Assembly: GCA_965263355.1 (NCBI GenBank)
Contig: CBDHHL010000056.1
Location: 768,001 to 832,000 of the forward strand
Direction: 5' to 3'
Length of the DNA: 64,000 bases
Source: Leptolyngbyaceae cyanobacterium
GTDB lineage: Bacteria; Cyanobacteriota; Cyanobacteriia; Phormidesmidales; Phormidesmidaceae
Made by a program: the position numbers and the translations under genes. This document shows positions 30,283 through 40,327 of the stretch, piece after piece; the first letter of the stretch is position 1, and every line of letters begins with the position of its first letter. Below the pieces are notes generated by a model. The model was not told the DNA's origin and searched no databases. It worked only from the letters and a program-made list of their open reading frames with translations.

Positions 30283-31290
30283 ATGTCTAGTACAAGTATT
30301 TTAGTACCATCGATCTTGGTAACCGGTGGTGCCGGTTATATTGGCTCCCATGCCGTACTTGCCTTAGAACAGGCAGGCTACCAAGTAGTTATTTTGGATA
30401 GTCTTGAATATGGTCACCAGGAACTAGTAGAGCAACACCTGAAAGCAAAATTGGTGCAAGGTAACACGACTGACCGTGCTTTATTAGATCAACTATTTGA
30501 ACAATATAACTTTGTGGCTGTGATGCACTTCGCGGCCTACATTGCGGTAGGTGAGTCTGTAACTGCACCCGCTGATTACTATCGCAATAATGTCTACGGC
30601 ACCCTCAACCTTTTACAAGCAATGGAAGCCGCAGGAGTAAAGCGATTTGTCTTTTCCTCCACCTGTGCTATTTACGGGCCACCCAAGACTGTTCCAATTC
30701 CAGAAGATCATCCTAAAAATCCCATTAGTCCTTATGCCAGCAGCAAACTAATGGTGGAAATAATGCTCCAAGATTTCCAACAAGCTTACGGTTTACAATC
30801 GGTCTGTTTTCGTTATTTCAATGCCGCTGGTGCTGATCCTGCAGGCCGTCTAGGAGAAGATCACAATCCTGAAACTCACCTGATCCCTTTGGTATTGCAA
30901 ACGGCGCTTGGAAAACGTGATCATATTTCCATCTTTGGCACTGATTATGAGACTCGGGATGGTACCTGTATCCGTGACTATATCCATGTTGCCGACTTAG
31001 CCGATGCCCATGTCAAGGGAGTGCAATACTTGATTGACGGTGGTGAAACCGCCTTTATCAATTTAGGTAATGGCAGTGGCTTCACCGTTAAGGAAGTGAT
31101 CGAAGCTGCTCGTAAAGTAACAGGGCATCCTATTCCCGCTGTGGAGTGTGAACGCCGCCCTGGAGACCCGCCAAGCTTGATTGGCAGTAGCGACCATGCG
31201 CGTCAACGTCTAGGCTGGGTACCCCAATATGCCGATTTGGAAACCATTATTAGCCATGCCTGGCAATGGCATCAAAAGCGCCATGGTTAG
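30283..31290 (+). CDS. galE: UDP-glucose 4-epimerase
   Basis: TGGAGYIGSH, HFAA...VGES, YASSK, RYFNAAGA, RDYIHV.DLA. Confidence 0.94.
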   Translation: MSSTSILVPSILVTGGAGYIGSHAVLALEQAGYQVVILDSLEYGHQELVEQHLKAKLVQGNTTDRALLDQLFEQYNFVAVMHFAAYIAVGESVTAPADYYRNNVYGTLNLLQAMEAAGVKRFVFSSTCAIYGPPKTVPIPEDHPKNPISPYASSKLMVEIMLQDFQQAYGLQSVCFRYFNAAGADPAGRLGEDHNPETHLIPLVLQTALGKRDHISIFGTDYETRDGTCIRDYIHVADLADAHVKGVQYLIDGGETAFINLGNGSGFTVKEVIEAARKVTGHPIPAVECERRPGDPPSLIGSSDHARQRLGWVPQYADLETIISHAWQWHQKRHG

Positions 31291-31563
31291 TCTCAAGGGT
31301 AGCAAACGATACGCTGTTAACCTTTCCGGAATAAATTTACACAGACCGTACTGATAAAAAGTATTCTAGACCGGTAGCTTAGGCTATAAGCTTCTGAGGA
31401 TGCTTTACCCAGTAGCGCCCTTGAGGGAAAATGCATTCATTGGGAAAAGTATTGATATCCGGATAAAGCCAGGGATTGAGTGCACTAGAATGAGCAAATC
31501 ACGTTAGTCGATCCTTTCCCACGGCATTTCGCTTAGGGCATTTCTAATCAGCAGCAGGCGCGC

Positions 31564-32688
31564 ATGGCAGTGGCAACTACGATTCTAAAAGAATGGCAGC
31601 AACGGCTTCAGGCTGACTTGCCCGACCAAAGCCATGACACCCGCAAAGCGATTACTCAGTGGCTTTGCGGCGAGGACACTGAACGATTTGAGACACTTTC
31701 CCATAAAGAGTTATCCATTGCTACCCAAGCGATGGATTATCGATACCGCATTTTTTATAAAACCTACTGGGGATTACCGCCAGACCGGGCTTATCAAACC
31801 CTAATGCGGAAACTAGGTGGTTTATTTTTGGTGCGTAGCAAAATACGTACATGGATTGCCCTGAGCCGAGATCGCCAGCGTCAGGTTAAGGATGTTTTAC
31901 AAGAAATTATTCAGGAGATGTTGCAAAGCGATCGCCATCTTCAACAGCAGATGGGCTGGATAGCCCAATGTACAGCGCGTCCTCAGCTCCGTAATCTGCT
32001 GACAATGGCGACGATTGAAGAATACTGCCTAAGACCGATTCGTAACCAGCCTCTGATCGTTTATCGATTCGTTAACTACCTGCGACGTTCTCAGCGTGGA
32101 GGTATGACTCAAGTTCCTGGGGCACAGCTGATTCAGCTGATTTCAGAAGAAATTGGCACTGATGATGCCGATAGCACCATCAGTCTCTTTGATGTGCAGG
32201 CTGTTAGTACTTACGAACAACAACAAGAATTTGAGGAAATCCAACGGGCCCGACAGTCGGTTAAAGACAGTTTTACCGATTATTTGCAGGAAACCTTAGG
32301 GGATCCGGCAACCCAGTGGTTGGGGCTACATCTACAGGGATATACCCAAGACAGTATTGCCAAACAGCTGAACATGTCGATTAACCAAGTGTATCGACTA
32401 CGGGAAAAAATTAGTTATCACGCGATTCGTATTTTTACCCTGAAGGAACAGCCTGAGTTGGTTTTGGGATGGTTAAAGACCACACTGACTGACCACGATT
32501 TGGGATTAACGTCTAGCCAATGGCAAATCTACTGGCAATCCTTAGAGCCTTTTCAACAGCAACTACTGACCGAACTTAAGCAAGGTAGCAATATTGATGC
32601 GATCGCACAAAAGCTAGGGTGCAGACCTAAACAAGTCATGAGTGAATGGGCTAAGCTTTACCTAGATGCCCAAAAATTGCGGACCTAG
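31564..32688 (+). CDS. HetZ-related protein (sigma-like HTH regulator)
   Basis: IEEYCLRPIRNQPL..YRFVNYL; LHLQG..QD.IA..L......YRLREKISYHA HTH plus a second C-terminal HTH. Confidence 0.75.
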   Translation: MAVATTILKEWQQRLQADLPDQSHDTRKAITQWLCGEDTERFETLSHKELSIATQAMDYRYRIFYKTYWGLPPDRAYQTLMRKLGGLFLVRSKIRTWIALSRDRQRQVKDVLQEIIQEMLQSDRHLQQQMGWIAQCTARPQLRNLLTMATIEEYCLRPIRNQPLIVYRFVNYLRRSQRGGMTQVPGAQLIQLISEEIGTDDADSTISLFDVQAVSTYEQQQEFEEIQRARQSVKDSFTDYLQETLGDPATQWLGLHLQGYTQDSIAKQLNMSINQVYRLREKISYHAIRIFTLKEQPELVLGWLKTTLTDHDLGLTSSQWQIYWQSLEPFQQQLLTELKQGSNIDAIAQKLGCRPKQVMSEWAKLYLDAQKLRT

Positions 32689-32826
32689 CCAATCTGGGGC
32701 TCTTGAAGGTTGTCCTTGGGCATTGTCTTTGGGCGCCAAAACGGGGGTGGTTTTATGGAGAGGTTACGTCACGCACATTGCTGTGCCTGTGCCCCTATCT
32801 TCGTTATTCCTTCCTAGGCAGCCATC

Positions 32827-34035
32827 ATGTCAACTTCCCCCGAAAATAATGCGTTGTCACCACCATCTCGCAGTCTAAAGCAGACTGAAACCATGGCCAA
32901 TTTAGAGCAAATGTTCCTTTTGATCGAAGGAATTTTGCCCTTTGAAGCCTGTCTTTACTACCAGGTTTTACCCCTTTCAATCGAGGGAAGTAGTCTAAAT
33001 CTGGGCATGGTAAACCCAAACGACACTAATGCGGCTGATTATGTCAGACGTCAGGTATCTTACATCAACTGCTCCATCGTATCGCGACCCATATCCTCTG
33101 ACTGGCATCGGGAAATTCTGTCAAAATTTTTGAGTCACTCGGCCAAAAACCGCCAAGCGTCTCAAATTTCTCAACCTAAGGCAACCCCTACAGCAAGTTC
33201 ATTTGAAGAGCAGCCTACACTGGTAGTAGGCGCTCCTACTGAGATTATTGAGAATCCTCCCCGTGAGGTTATTGTAGAGTCCAGCAATGACGAAGATTCT
33301 TCACAGGCACCGCCGCCGAGTACAGCAACAAAATCTACCGACGATACTCCCCAGCCTCCACTGAGTATTGAATTGGCAGATCAAAATCAAATAGTTCCAG
33401 AAGCATCATCAACTGCTACAGAAAAATCACCATCAGAATCTGACGCTAATCTCAAGAAACGCTATAAACCTAGTCAAGTTACTCCCAAGGAACTAACTCA
33501 GATGCTGCTGAAACGCATCATCACTCAGGAAGGCATTGGACGGCTTTATTTAGAACGTCAAAGCACTACTTGCCGCATTCTGTGGAGTAAAGACGGCGTT
33601 GTACAGTCAGCTGTAGATGATATCTCCACCCAGCTCTTTCAGGGGGTTATCAATGAGCTAAAACGAATGATGAGTCTCTCATTGATTCCTGTTCGTAAAC
33701 CAAAACAAATTGAGATCGAACGAATACACAATCAAAAGCGAATTTTGCTGCGATTACGCGTCATGCCAGGTGAACACGGTGAAGAAGCAACCCTACAAGT
33801 GTTGAGGGGGGCAGCGCTAAGATTTTACCAACAGCAGCAAATAGATAATTTGGGTCGTGACGCCTTAGGCATAGCCCGAGATCTACAGCAACGCATCGAT
33901 GACCTGCGTGCCCAGGCGCAGCGCAATATGGATGTTCAGGATGATACTAAGCAAAAGACACTACCTACCATCATGAATATGCTAAGACATATGGAGCGAC
34001 AACTGCATGACATCATTGAAGATGCTGACCAGTAA
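32827..34035 (+). CDS. PilB/GspE N-terminal-domain protein lacking the ATPase domain
   Basis: T2SSE_N-like start (LPFEAC.YYQVLPL..L.LGMVNP.D), acidic S/T/P linker, N2D-like RLYLE...DGV...INELK...LRLRVMPG.HGEEA.LQVL; no Walker A. Confidence 0.65.
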   Translation: MSTSPENNALSPPSRSLKQTETMANLEQMFLLIEGILPFEACLYYQVLPLSIEGSSLNLGMVNPNDTNAADYVRRQVSYINCSIVSRPISSDWHREILSKFLSHSAKNRQASQISQPKATPTASSFEEQPTLVVGAPTEIIENPPREVIVESSNDEDSSQAPPPSTATKSTDDTPQPPLSIELADQNQIVPEASSTATEKSPSESDANLKKRYKPSQVTPKELTQMLLKRIITQEGIGRLYLERQSTTCRILWSKDGVVQSAVDDISTQLFQGVINELKRMMSLSLIPVRKPKQIEIERIHNQKRILLRLRVMPGEHGEEATLQVLRGAALRFYQQQQIDNLGRDALGIARDLQQRIDDLRAQAQRNMDVQDDTKQKTLPTIMNMLRHMERQLHDIIEDADQ

Positions 34036-34080
34036 GGTAAGCATTACTTCACCATTCTTCATCGTTAGCGCTTCAACAAA

Positions 34081-34608
34081 TTAGTCAGAGTTAGAGGGTT
34101 GTTTGCGTAACCCCTGTAATAAGCGTCGAAAGTTTACAGAAAACTCAGCAAAACCCAGCAGACTGCCCTGCTCATCTTCTTGCCAGGATGCCGATAAAAC
34201 TCCGTAGCTTAATCCGACCGTGCCAAGACCAAAAAAGCCTAGGGACACAAGCAGTACGACTACATTAGGAAACTCGACAATGTGCCGAGTCAGAAGAATG
34301 TAAGCAACTACAAATGAAGACATACCTAAAGCTGTCGGTACTCCAGCAAACACAGCCATACGGCGAATCATACGACGGCTGACTATCTCAGGAATGCCGG
34401 TGTCAGCATCTTCATGGGTAGATTTACTGACGGATTTAGATTGGCTAGTAGATTTACTGACGGCCTTGACTCGCTTACGTGATGCCTTAGCCTCTGAACT
34501 CAATAACTCAGGTAGTGCTGCTGCGTTGGATGAATCTCCTTGATCACTTTGCCGTTTATTGGACTTAGGTTCAAAAGGAAGCGACTCACGCTGAGATGAG
34601 GAAGGCAT
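34081..34608 (-). CDS. PAM68 family PSII assembly protein
   Basis: IPE.VS.RM.RRM..F.G.PT.LG; GLSYGVLSASW....GS.LG..EF..N. Confidence 0.9.
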   Translation of the reverse strand: MPSSSQRESLPFEPKSNKRQSDQGDSSNAAALPELLSSEAKASRKRVKAVSKSTSQSKSVSKSTHEDADTGIPEIVSRRMIRRMAVFAGVPTALGMSSFVVAYILLTRHIVEFPNVVVLLVSLGFFGLGTVGLSYGVLSASWQEDEQGSLLGFAEFSVNFRRLLQGLRKQPSNSD

Positions 34609-34732
34609 AAAAAATAATGCTAGACTGCGAGGACCAGGACAAAAATTAACTAATTAATATAGTAAACCTTGTCCATGTCCAAAACGGTCGTTTTTCCGGT
34701 AAAAAATCTACAGGTTTCAACTTGGACGTGGT

Positions 34733-35002
34733 TTAGCCACGAATACCTAGCTTACTAATTAAGTCTCGATATCGGCTAACATCCTGCTTGACCAAATAGG
34801 CCAACAAGCGCTTACGGCGACCAATCATCCGTAACAATCCGCGTCGAGATGAATGGTCCTTTTTATTTACCTGTAAATGCTTACTCAACCGATTAATTTT
34901 TTCAGTGAGCATCGCTACCTGCACATCTACAGAGCCAGTATCTGTTTCATGTACCTGATAGTCAGAAATAATTGATTGCTTTTGTTCTTGCAGGAGCGCC
35001 AT
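34733..35002 (-). CDS. rpsO: 30S ribosomal protein S15
   Basis: [41 protein letters not shown]. Confidence 0.98.
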   Translation of the reverse strand: MALLQEQKQSIISDYQVHETDTGSVDVQVAMLTEKINRLSKHLQVNKKDHSSRRGLLRMIGRRKRLLAYLVKQDVSRYRDLISKLGIRG

Positions 35003-35636
35003 AGAGCTTACCGATTACAGTCTGTGAAAACGAATAAGAGCTGAACGTACAGGACCTGTACGATTCAATGCAGGACTTTTCATTGTACAACAGGAAAGCT
35101 AGTCAGACTCAAAATTATAGAACTCGTTCTACTGTATGATCCTATATGCCATAGTCTATGGGACAGAGGGTTTATCATGCAGTCATAACTATTGACCGAC
35201 AAAGTAGCTGCATCACACTTCTCCCCTAATAAGCGACGTTACAGAACTAGGCGAGAAAAACTTAGCCTTATTTTCTGGGAAATCTATTAGAGCCTGTAAA
35301 AAGATATAGGTCTCACCATTGACCTGTTCTATCCCAATAGCGCATTGCTTTTACGACTATTTTGATAAGTTTCTTATTATATGCAGAGCCTAAGCTTTTT
35401 GACTGAAATTTTCAAAAAATCAAACTAATTTCTCAATATTTGGGGCAGGTTCTCAATTTTGCCGCTTCAAAAGACCAGATGATTACCGATAATAGATACT
35501 TCATTTCGATTTGAAGTGCTTAAAAAGCGGATTTGTTCTTCAAACCTATTTTGATTGAAACCTTTGCCTTTGCAGTGGGTGGCACTGTGTTGGCGATATC
35601 ACGTCACTATCTTTACTTCTTCAGTTGCGCTTGCTC

Positions 35637-37658
35637 ATGTTGCATTCTCAGTTAGTTACCTCCTACTTAATAGCCATGTTGTTGGGGGGCATGGCGTTAA
35701 CGGCTCCAGAGGAGGCTAGAGCACTGGACGCCACCAGTTCTGAATCCGAGACTGCGTTCAGTACTGAAACTGATAAGTTAGGGGCTGGTCGACTGGCCTT
35801 GGATGCCATGGATCCGGCTAACAATATTGAGCCTCCTGGTTTGGATGTGCGGTCGGGAAATGAAGTGATCAGCCCGTTTCTAAATCGGGCAATGCAAGAA
35901 GAACTAAATAACTTGATGGGTCGATTTGAGGGCGCGTTGCTCCATGGCTATGCCAGTACTCAGCCTGCTGAGCTGGCCCTCTCCTCAATTAGTGCTGAAG
36001 GCAGTCTCAGTGCTAGTTTAGGAGGCAGTAGCGTGACTACGCCCCTGACCCATCCAGCCCTGGAAACGGCCCAAAAAACTCTGGATGACTGGGATGATTT
36101 GATTGCTCGACGGGACTATGGAATTGCCCGTCAACGTTGGTTGCAGGCTCGTCAAGAGTTATGGAATGCGTTTCCGGTTAATCAATCCTTGGCCCATGCC
36201 GAAGTGCGATCAATGTGGTTGGATCGTGGCACGATTGTCCGTGCTGGGTCTGAGGAAAATCTAGCAGAGATTTTTGATCGGCTTGCTGCTGCAGGTATTA
36301 ATACGGTTTTCTTCGAGGCAATTAATGCAGGCTATCCGATTTATCCTAGCCGGATTGCACCACAGCAAAATCCTCTGACGCGCCATTGGGACCCGTTGGC
36401 TGCAGCCATCAGGTTAGGCAAAGCGAGAGGTATTGAAGTTCATGCCTGGGTTTGGTTATTTGCTGCTGGAAACCGCCGTCACAATGCGATTTTGAACCTT
36501 CCTACTAATTATCCTGGACCGCTCATTAATGCTAATCCAGGCTGGGCTGCCTATGATCGTCAGGGCCGAATTGTTCCAGTGGGCCAAGACAAGCCATTTT
36601 TGGATCCAGCTAATCCAGAGGTACGTAGTTATCTTATGCGTATGCTTCAGGAACTGGTCAATAACTACGATGTGGATGGTGTCCACTTTGATTACGTACG
36701 CTATCCGTTTCAAGATCCTGGTGCAAACCGGACCTATGGATATGGCACAGCTGCCCGACTGCGTTTTCGAGATATTACCGGGGTGGATCCAGCGATTCTT
36801 TCACCCCGTAATAATTCCTCGCTTTCACCCAATGCACAGCGACGGCAGCGGGACTTATGGCATCGTTGGACCGAGTTTCGGGTAGAGCAGGTGAGTTCAT
36901 TTGTGGCTGAGGCATCTCAGATGTTGCGGCAACGACGGCCTAATATGACGATTTCAGCAGCGGTGTTCGCCAAGCCTACCCATGAACGGATCCAAAAAAT
37001 TCAGCAAGATTGGGAAACATGGGCCGAGCGTGGCGATGTAGATTGGATTGTATTGATGAGCTATGCTATGGATACCAATCGATTTGAGGAGCTGATTCAT
37101 CCTTGGGTGCTGGATGGTAACTATGGGGCTACGCTGATTATTCCGGGGATTCGGTTGCTAAATTTGCCTGAAATGGCAGCGTTTGATCAGATTCAAACCC
37201 TAAGGGATTTGCCGGTCAGTGGCTATGCCCTGTTTGCTGTTGATAACCTGCAACAGGGTATTCAAACGCTGCTGAATAATACTCAGGGAGCTACCAATAC
37301 TGCATATTCTTTACCCCAACAGCAACCATTTAACACGGCTGCCGAGCGTTATCAGTCCCTACAGCGAGAGTGGGGATGGCTTTTGACTAATGGTCAGTTA
37401 GTCATGCGTGAACAAAGATTGGCGCAGTGGGTGGATGATGTGAATGGGTTGGGTAATCAGCTGGCAGATCTAGCTGAGGCTCCTTCCCATCGGAAACTGG
37501 AGGAGGTGCGATCGCAACTTGATGAGCTTAACCAAGTCCTTGATTCTGAGCTAACAGTTAAGTCTCAACAGAACCAATATCGACTGCAGACCTGGCAACA
37601 CCGCCTTGTCACCATCGAACACCTTTTAGCCTATGGTGAAGAAAGGTTTATTCCTTAA
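35637..37658 (+). CDS. GHL10 (DUF187) glycoside hydrolase-like protein, probably secreted
   Basis: Signal-like N-terminus; EVRSMWL, G.NTVFFE, EVHAW, FLDPANPEVR, YDVDGVHFDYVRYP. Confidence 0.85.
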   Translation: MLHSQLVTSYLIAMLLGGMALTAPEEARALDATSSESETAFSTETDKLGAGRLALDAMDPANNIEPPGLDVRSGNEVISPFLNRAMQEELNNLMGRFEGALLHGYASTQPAELALSSISAEGSLSASLGGSSVTTPLTHPALETAQKTLDDWDDLIARRDYGIARQRWLQARQELWNAFPVNQSLAHAEVRSMWLDRGTIVRAGSEENLAEIFDRLAAAGINTVFFEAINAGYPIYPSRIAPQQNPLTRHWDPLAAAIRLGKARGIEVHAWVWLFAAGNRRHNAILNLPTNYPGPLINANPGWAAYDRQGRIVPVGQDKPFLDPANPEVRSYLMRMLQELVNNYDVDGVHFDYVRYPFQDPGANRTYGYGTAARLRFRDITGVDPAILSPRNNSSLSPNAQRRQRDLWHRWTEFRVEQVSSFVAEASQMLRQRRPNMTISAAVFAKPTHERIQKIQQDWETWAERGDVDWIVLMSYAMDTNRFEELIHPWVLDGNYGATLIIPGIRLLNLPEMAAFDQIQTLRDLPVSGYALFAVDNLQQGIQTLLNNTQGATNTAYSLPQQQPFNTAAERYQSLQREWGWLLTNGQLVMREQRLAQWVDDVNGLGNQLADLAEAPSHRKLEEVRSQLDELNQVLDSELTVKSQQNQYRLQTWQHRLVTIEHLLAYGEERFIP

Positions 37659-37733
37659 AAGATTAGTTAACTCCCCTACATCAAATAAGCTTAGTTCATG
37701 CCAAACTTATTTGATACAACCATCGGTCACGCT

Positions 37734-37739
37734 GGGTAA
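37734..37739 (+). promoter_or_regulatory. Candidate SigF-type GGGTAA promoter element upstream of wzm
   Basis: GGGTAA ~43 nt before ATG 37782; short motif, could be chance. Confidence 0.35.
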
Positions 37740-37781
37740 TCTTAGACAATAAGATTTTCTAAGATTTAGGTGTTGACACCT

Positions 37782-38615
37782 ATGACTGAGCCTGTACCAG
37801 AACTGATTATCGAAGCCGGTCGTACCGAAGCGCAGTATTGGCAGGATCTTTGGCGATATCGAGAACTGTTTTATTTTTTGGCCTGGCGCGATATCCTGGT
37901 GCGCTACAAACAAACAACAATTGGTATTGCTTGGGCGCTATTACGACCATTTCTGACCATGATTGTATTCACAGTGGTATTTGGGAGATTAGCAAACTTA
38001 CCATCCGAGGGTGGTGCCCCCTATCCAATTTTAGTTTTTGCCGCCATGTTACCCTGGCAGTTTTTTGCCAATGCCCTATCAGAGTGCAGCAATAGTTTAA
38101 TTACCAACGCGAATCTTCTGTCCAAAGTCTACTTCCCTCGGCTAATAGTACCTACAAGTGCCGTTATCGTTAGCTTTGTAGACTTCTTAATTTCGGGAAT
38201 CATTCTGCTTGGGCTCATGGCCTGGTTTAATACAGTGCCTACCTGGCGGATGTTGACCTTGCCTTTTTTTATTGCTATTGCATTTGCAGCAGCCATGGGA
38301 GCCGGTCTGTGGCTAGCCGCATTAAATGTACAATATCGAGACTTTCGTTATATTGTTCCATTTATTGTCCAGTTTGGGCTTTATATCTCACCAGTTGGGT
38401 TTAGCAGTACGATCATTCCAGAAAATTGGCGAATAATCTATGCTCTAAATCCTATGGTTGGGGTGATTGATGGCTTTCGCTGGGCAATTATTGACGGTGA
38501 CGTCCAATTATTTTGGCCAGGGTTTATATGCTCCTTACTAATAGTAGGTGGACTACTCACATCAGGAATCTTGTATTTCCGTCGTATGGAAAGGACTTTT
38601 GCTGATGTCATTTAG
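37782..38615 (+). CDS. wzm: Polysaccharide ABC-2 transporter permease Wzm
   Basis: YRELFYFLAWRDI.VRYKQT..G.AW, L.KVYFPR, YRDFRYI, LNPM. Confidence 0.92.
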   Translation: MTEPVPELIIEAGRTEAQYWQDLWRYRELFYFLAWRDILVRYKQTTIGIAWALLRPFLTMIVFTVVFGRLANLPSEGGAPYPILVFAAMLPWQFFANALSECSNSLITNANLLSKVYFPRLIVPTSAVIVSFVDFLISGIILLGLMAWFNTVPTWRMLTLPFFIAIAFAAAMGAGLWLAALNVQYRDFRYIVPFIVQFGLYISPVGFSSTIIPENWRIIYALNPMVGVIDGFRWAIIDGDVQLFWPGFICSLLIVGGLLTSGILYFRRMERTFADVI

Positions 38616-38632
38616 CTGCAGCTTTTAACCAT

Positions 38633-38870
38633 TCATCAACGGGTTTCCGCCTAACAAAGGGTGCAGTGCGGTCTCCAGATATAGTTTGAGTTTCCTCAAA
38701 GAAAATGAAGCAGTGCGGCATAACTTAAACTGCTCAACTTTTTCCAGACCTTGTGATTGAACTTACCTCAGCAGCGATAGGTTGAGGTGTTGCAGCAAGG
38801 CAAAAAGGGTGCAGTTAGATCTATGCCAAAGCAACTGTTGCTGGATCAACTAATATCAGGCTTTATCTAG
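38633..38870 (+). pseudogene. Uma2 (DUF820) endonuclease remnant between wzm and wzt
   Basis: One frame reads SSTGFRLTKGAVRSPDIV* (38633-38689) and FPDLVIELTS (38741-38770), both hallmark Uma2 motifs, broken by stops. Confidence 0.7.
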
Positions 38871-38987
38871 AACGTGACATCACTAATTTTGAGCCCTGCA
38901 GCGATTTGTCAAAATATGAAAATTTGATGAACCTGATGGGCATTCTTATTTCTTGATGGTCGTTTTCACTCACATGTCTCTACTGTC

Positions 38988-40274
38988 ATGGTCAACACGG
39001 TGATCCAAGTCGAAAACTTGGGCAAAAAATATGTCATTCGACATCAGCAAAAAGGTGCTTACCGTTACAAGGCACTGCGTGATGTTATGGCGGATGGACT
39101 AAAGTCCCTTAGTCAAAAGGTAAGACACCCTGGTAAGTCGTTTAAGCCAGCCAACCAAGAAGATTTCTGGGCACTGAAAAATGTTTCATTTGAGGTTAAG
39201 CAGGGAGAAGTTGTTGGAATTATCGGACGCAATGGAGCTGGGAAGTCTACTTTGCTTAAGATTCTAAGCAGGATCACAGAGCCCACAACGGGTAGAATTC
39301 GTTTGAAAGGCAGGGTTGCCAGCTTATTAGAAGTGGGTACAGGCTTTCATCCAGAATTAACTGGTCGAGAAAACATTTTTCTCAATGGTGCCATTCTGGG
39401 CATGAGCCGGAACGAGATTAATCGTAAATTTGATGAAATTGTTGAATTTGCTGAAACCACTCAATTCTTAGATACCCCAGTCAAACGCTATTCGTCAGGC
39501 ATGTACGTGCGTTTAGCCTTTTCAATTGCAGCACATCTAGAGCCAGAGATTCTTGTCATTGATGAAGTCTTAGCTGTAGGAGATGCTGCATTTCAAAAAA
39601 AATGTCTAGGCAAAATGGAAAGTGTTGCTGGACAAGGGCGCACCATTTTATTTGTCAGTCATAATATGCAAACAATCAGAAATCTCTGTACACGCGGAAT
39701 TCTGATTGAAAAAGGAATGGTGAACTCTGATACCTCAATAGAAGAGTCATTAACTAACTATAATCAAAGCCTTCGAAACCTACGATTCAATGTTTCAACG
39801 GGGGTCAAAGATTCTAGCTCTAGAAGAGGTGAGGGACAAGTAAGATTTACAGAGATTACCCTTTTAGATGATCATGATAATGAAGCTTTTTATTTTTCCA
39901 TGGGAGACAGAATCCGATTCAGACTGTCTTACCAAGTTTTCTCTAATGTCAAAGAATTAGGTCTTCTGATTCGTTTGCGATCAGGAGTAACGGGTGAACC
40001 TATCACTTCAGATTTCCATACTTTATCAACAAGTGAATTAGATTACCAATTTCAAAAAACTATTGTGATTGAATGGGCAACAAGCAATGTTCTGCCTGGT
40101 GAATATCCTCTATATTTCTGGCTTGGAGACTTTCAAACACACCCTTATGATGTTGTGGATGACCTGACACACCCACTAGTGATAACTGCAAATATAGCAG
40201 CTTCATCTAAAGACTTGCATCCGTCCAGTTCGATGGGCGTTTTCGCAGTGGAATCAAATTTGTTATCCAATTGA
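38988..40274 (+). CDS. wzt: Polysaccharide ABC transporter ATPase Wzt with C-terminal carbohydrate-binding domain
   Basis: GRNGAGKST, GFHPELTGREN, YSSGM, IDEVLAVGD, VSH; ~150-aa C-terminal Wzt_C-like extension. Confidence 0.92.
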   Translation: MVNTVIQVENLGKKYVIRHQQKGAYRYKALRDVMADGLKSLSQKVRHPGKSFKPANQEDFWALKNVSFEVKQGEVVGIIGRNGAGKSTLLKILSRITEPTTGRIRLKGRVASLLEVGTGFHPELTGRENIFLNGAILGMSRNEINRKFDEIVEFAETTQFLDTPVKRYSSGMYVRLAFSIAAHLEPEILVIDEVLAVGDAAFQKKCLGKMESVAGQGRTILFVSHNMQTIRNLCTRGILIEKGMVNSDTSIEESLTNYNQSLRNLRFNVSTGVKDSSSRRGEGQVRFTEITLLDDHDNEAFYFSMGDRIRFRLSYQVFSNVKELGLLIRLRSGVTGEPITSDFHTLSTSELDYQFQKTIVIEWATSNVLPGEYPLYFWLGDFQTHPYDVVDDLTHPLVITANIAASSKDLHPSSSMGVFAVESNLLSN

Positions 40275-40327
40275 TCGCTGTGCCTCATCTTCAGATTATT
40301 GGATAATGTTTATCGTGGGACGCGCTT

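Noticed and set aside
31564..32688. Evidence of heterocyst differentiation
   Set aside because: HetZ-related proteins also occur in non-heterocystous cyanobacteria; no other het or nif genes are here.
34418..34463. 16-bp direct repeat in PAM68
   Set aside because: Simple in-frame duplication in a low-complexity linker (VSKST).
38649..38820. Integron attC-like site (GCCTAAC ... GTTAGAT)
   Set aside because: Too long (~170 bp), lacks arm complementarity, and is better explained as Uma2 coding remnant.
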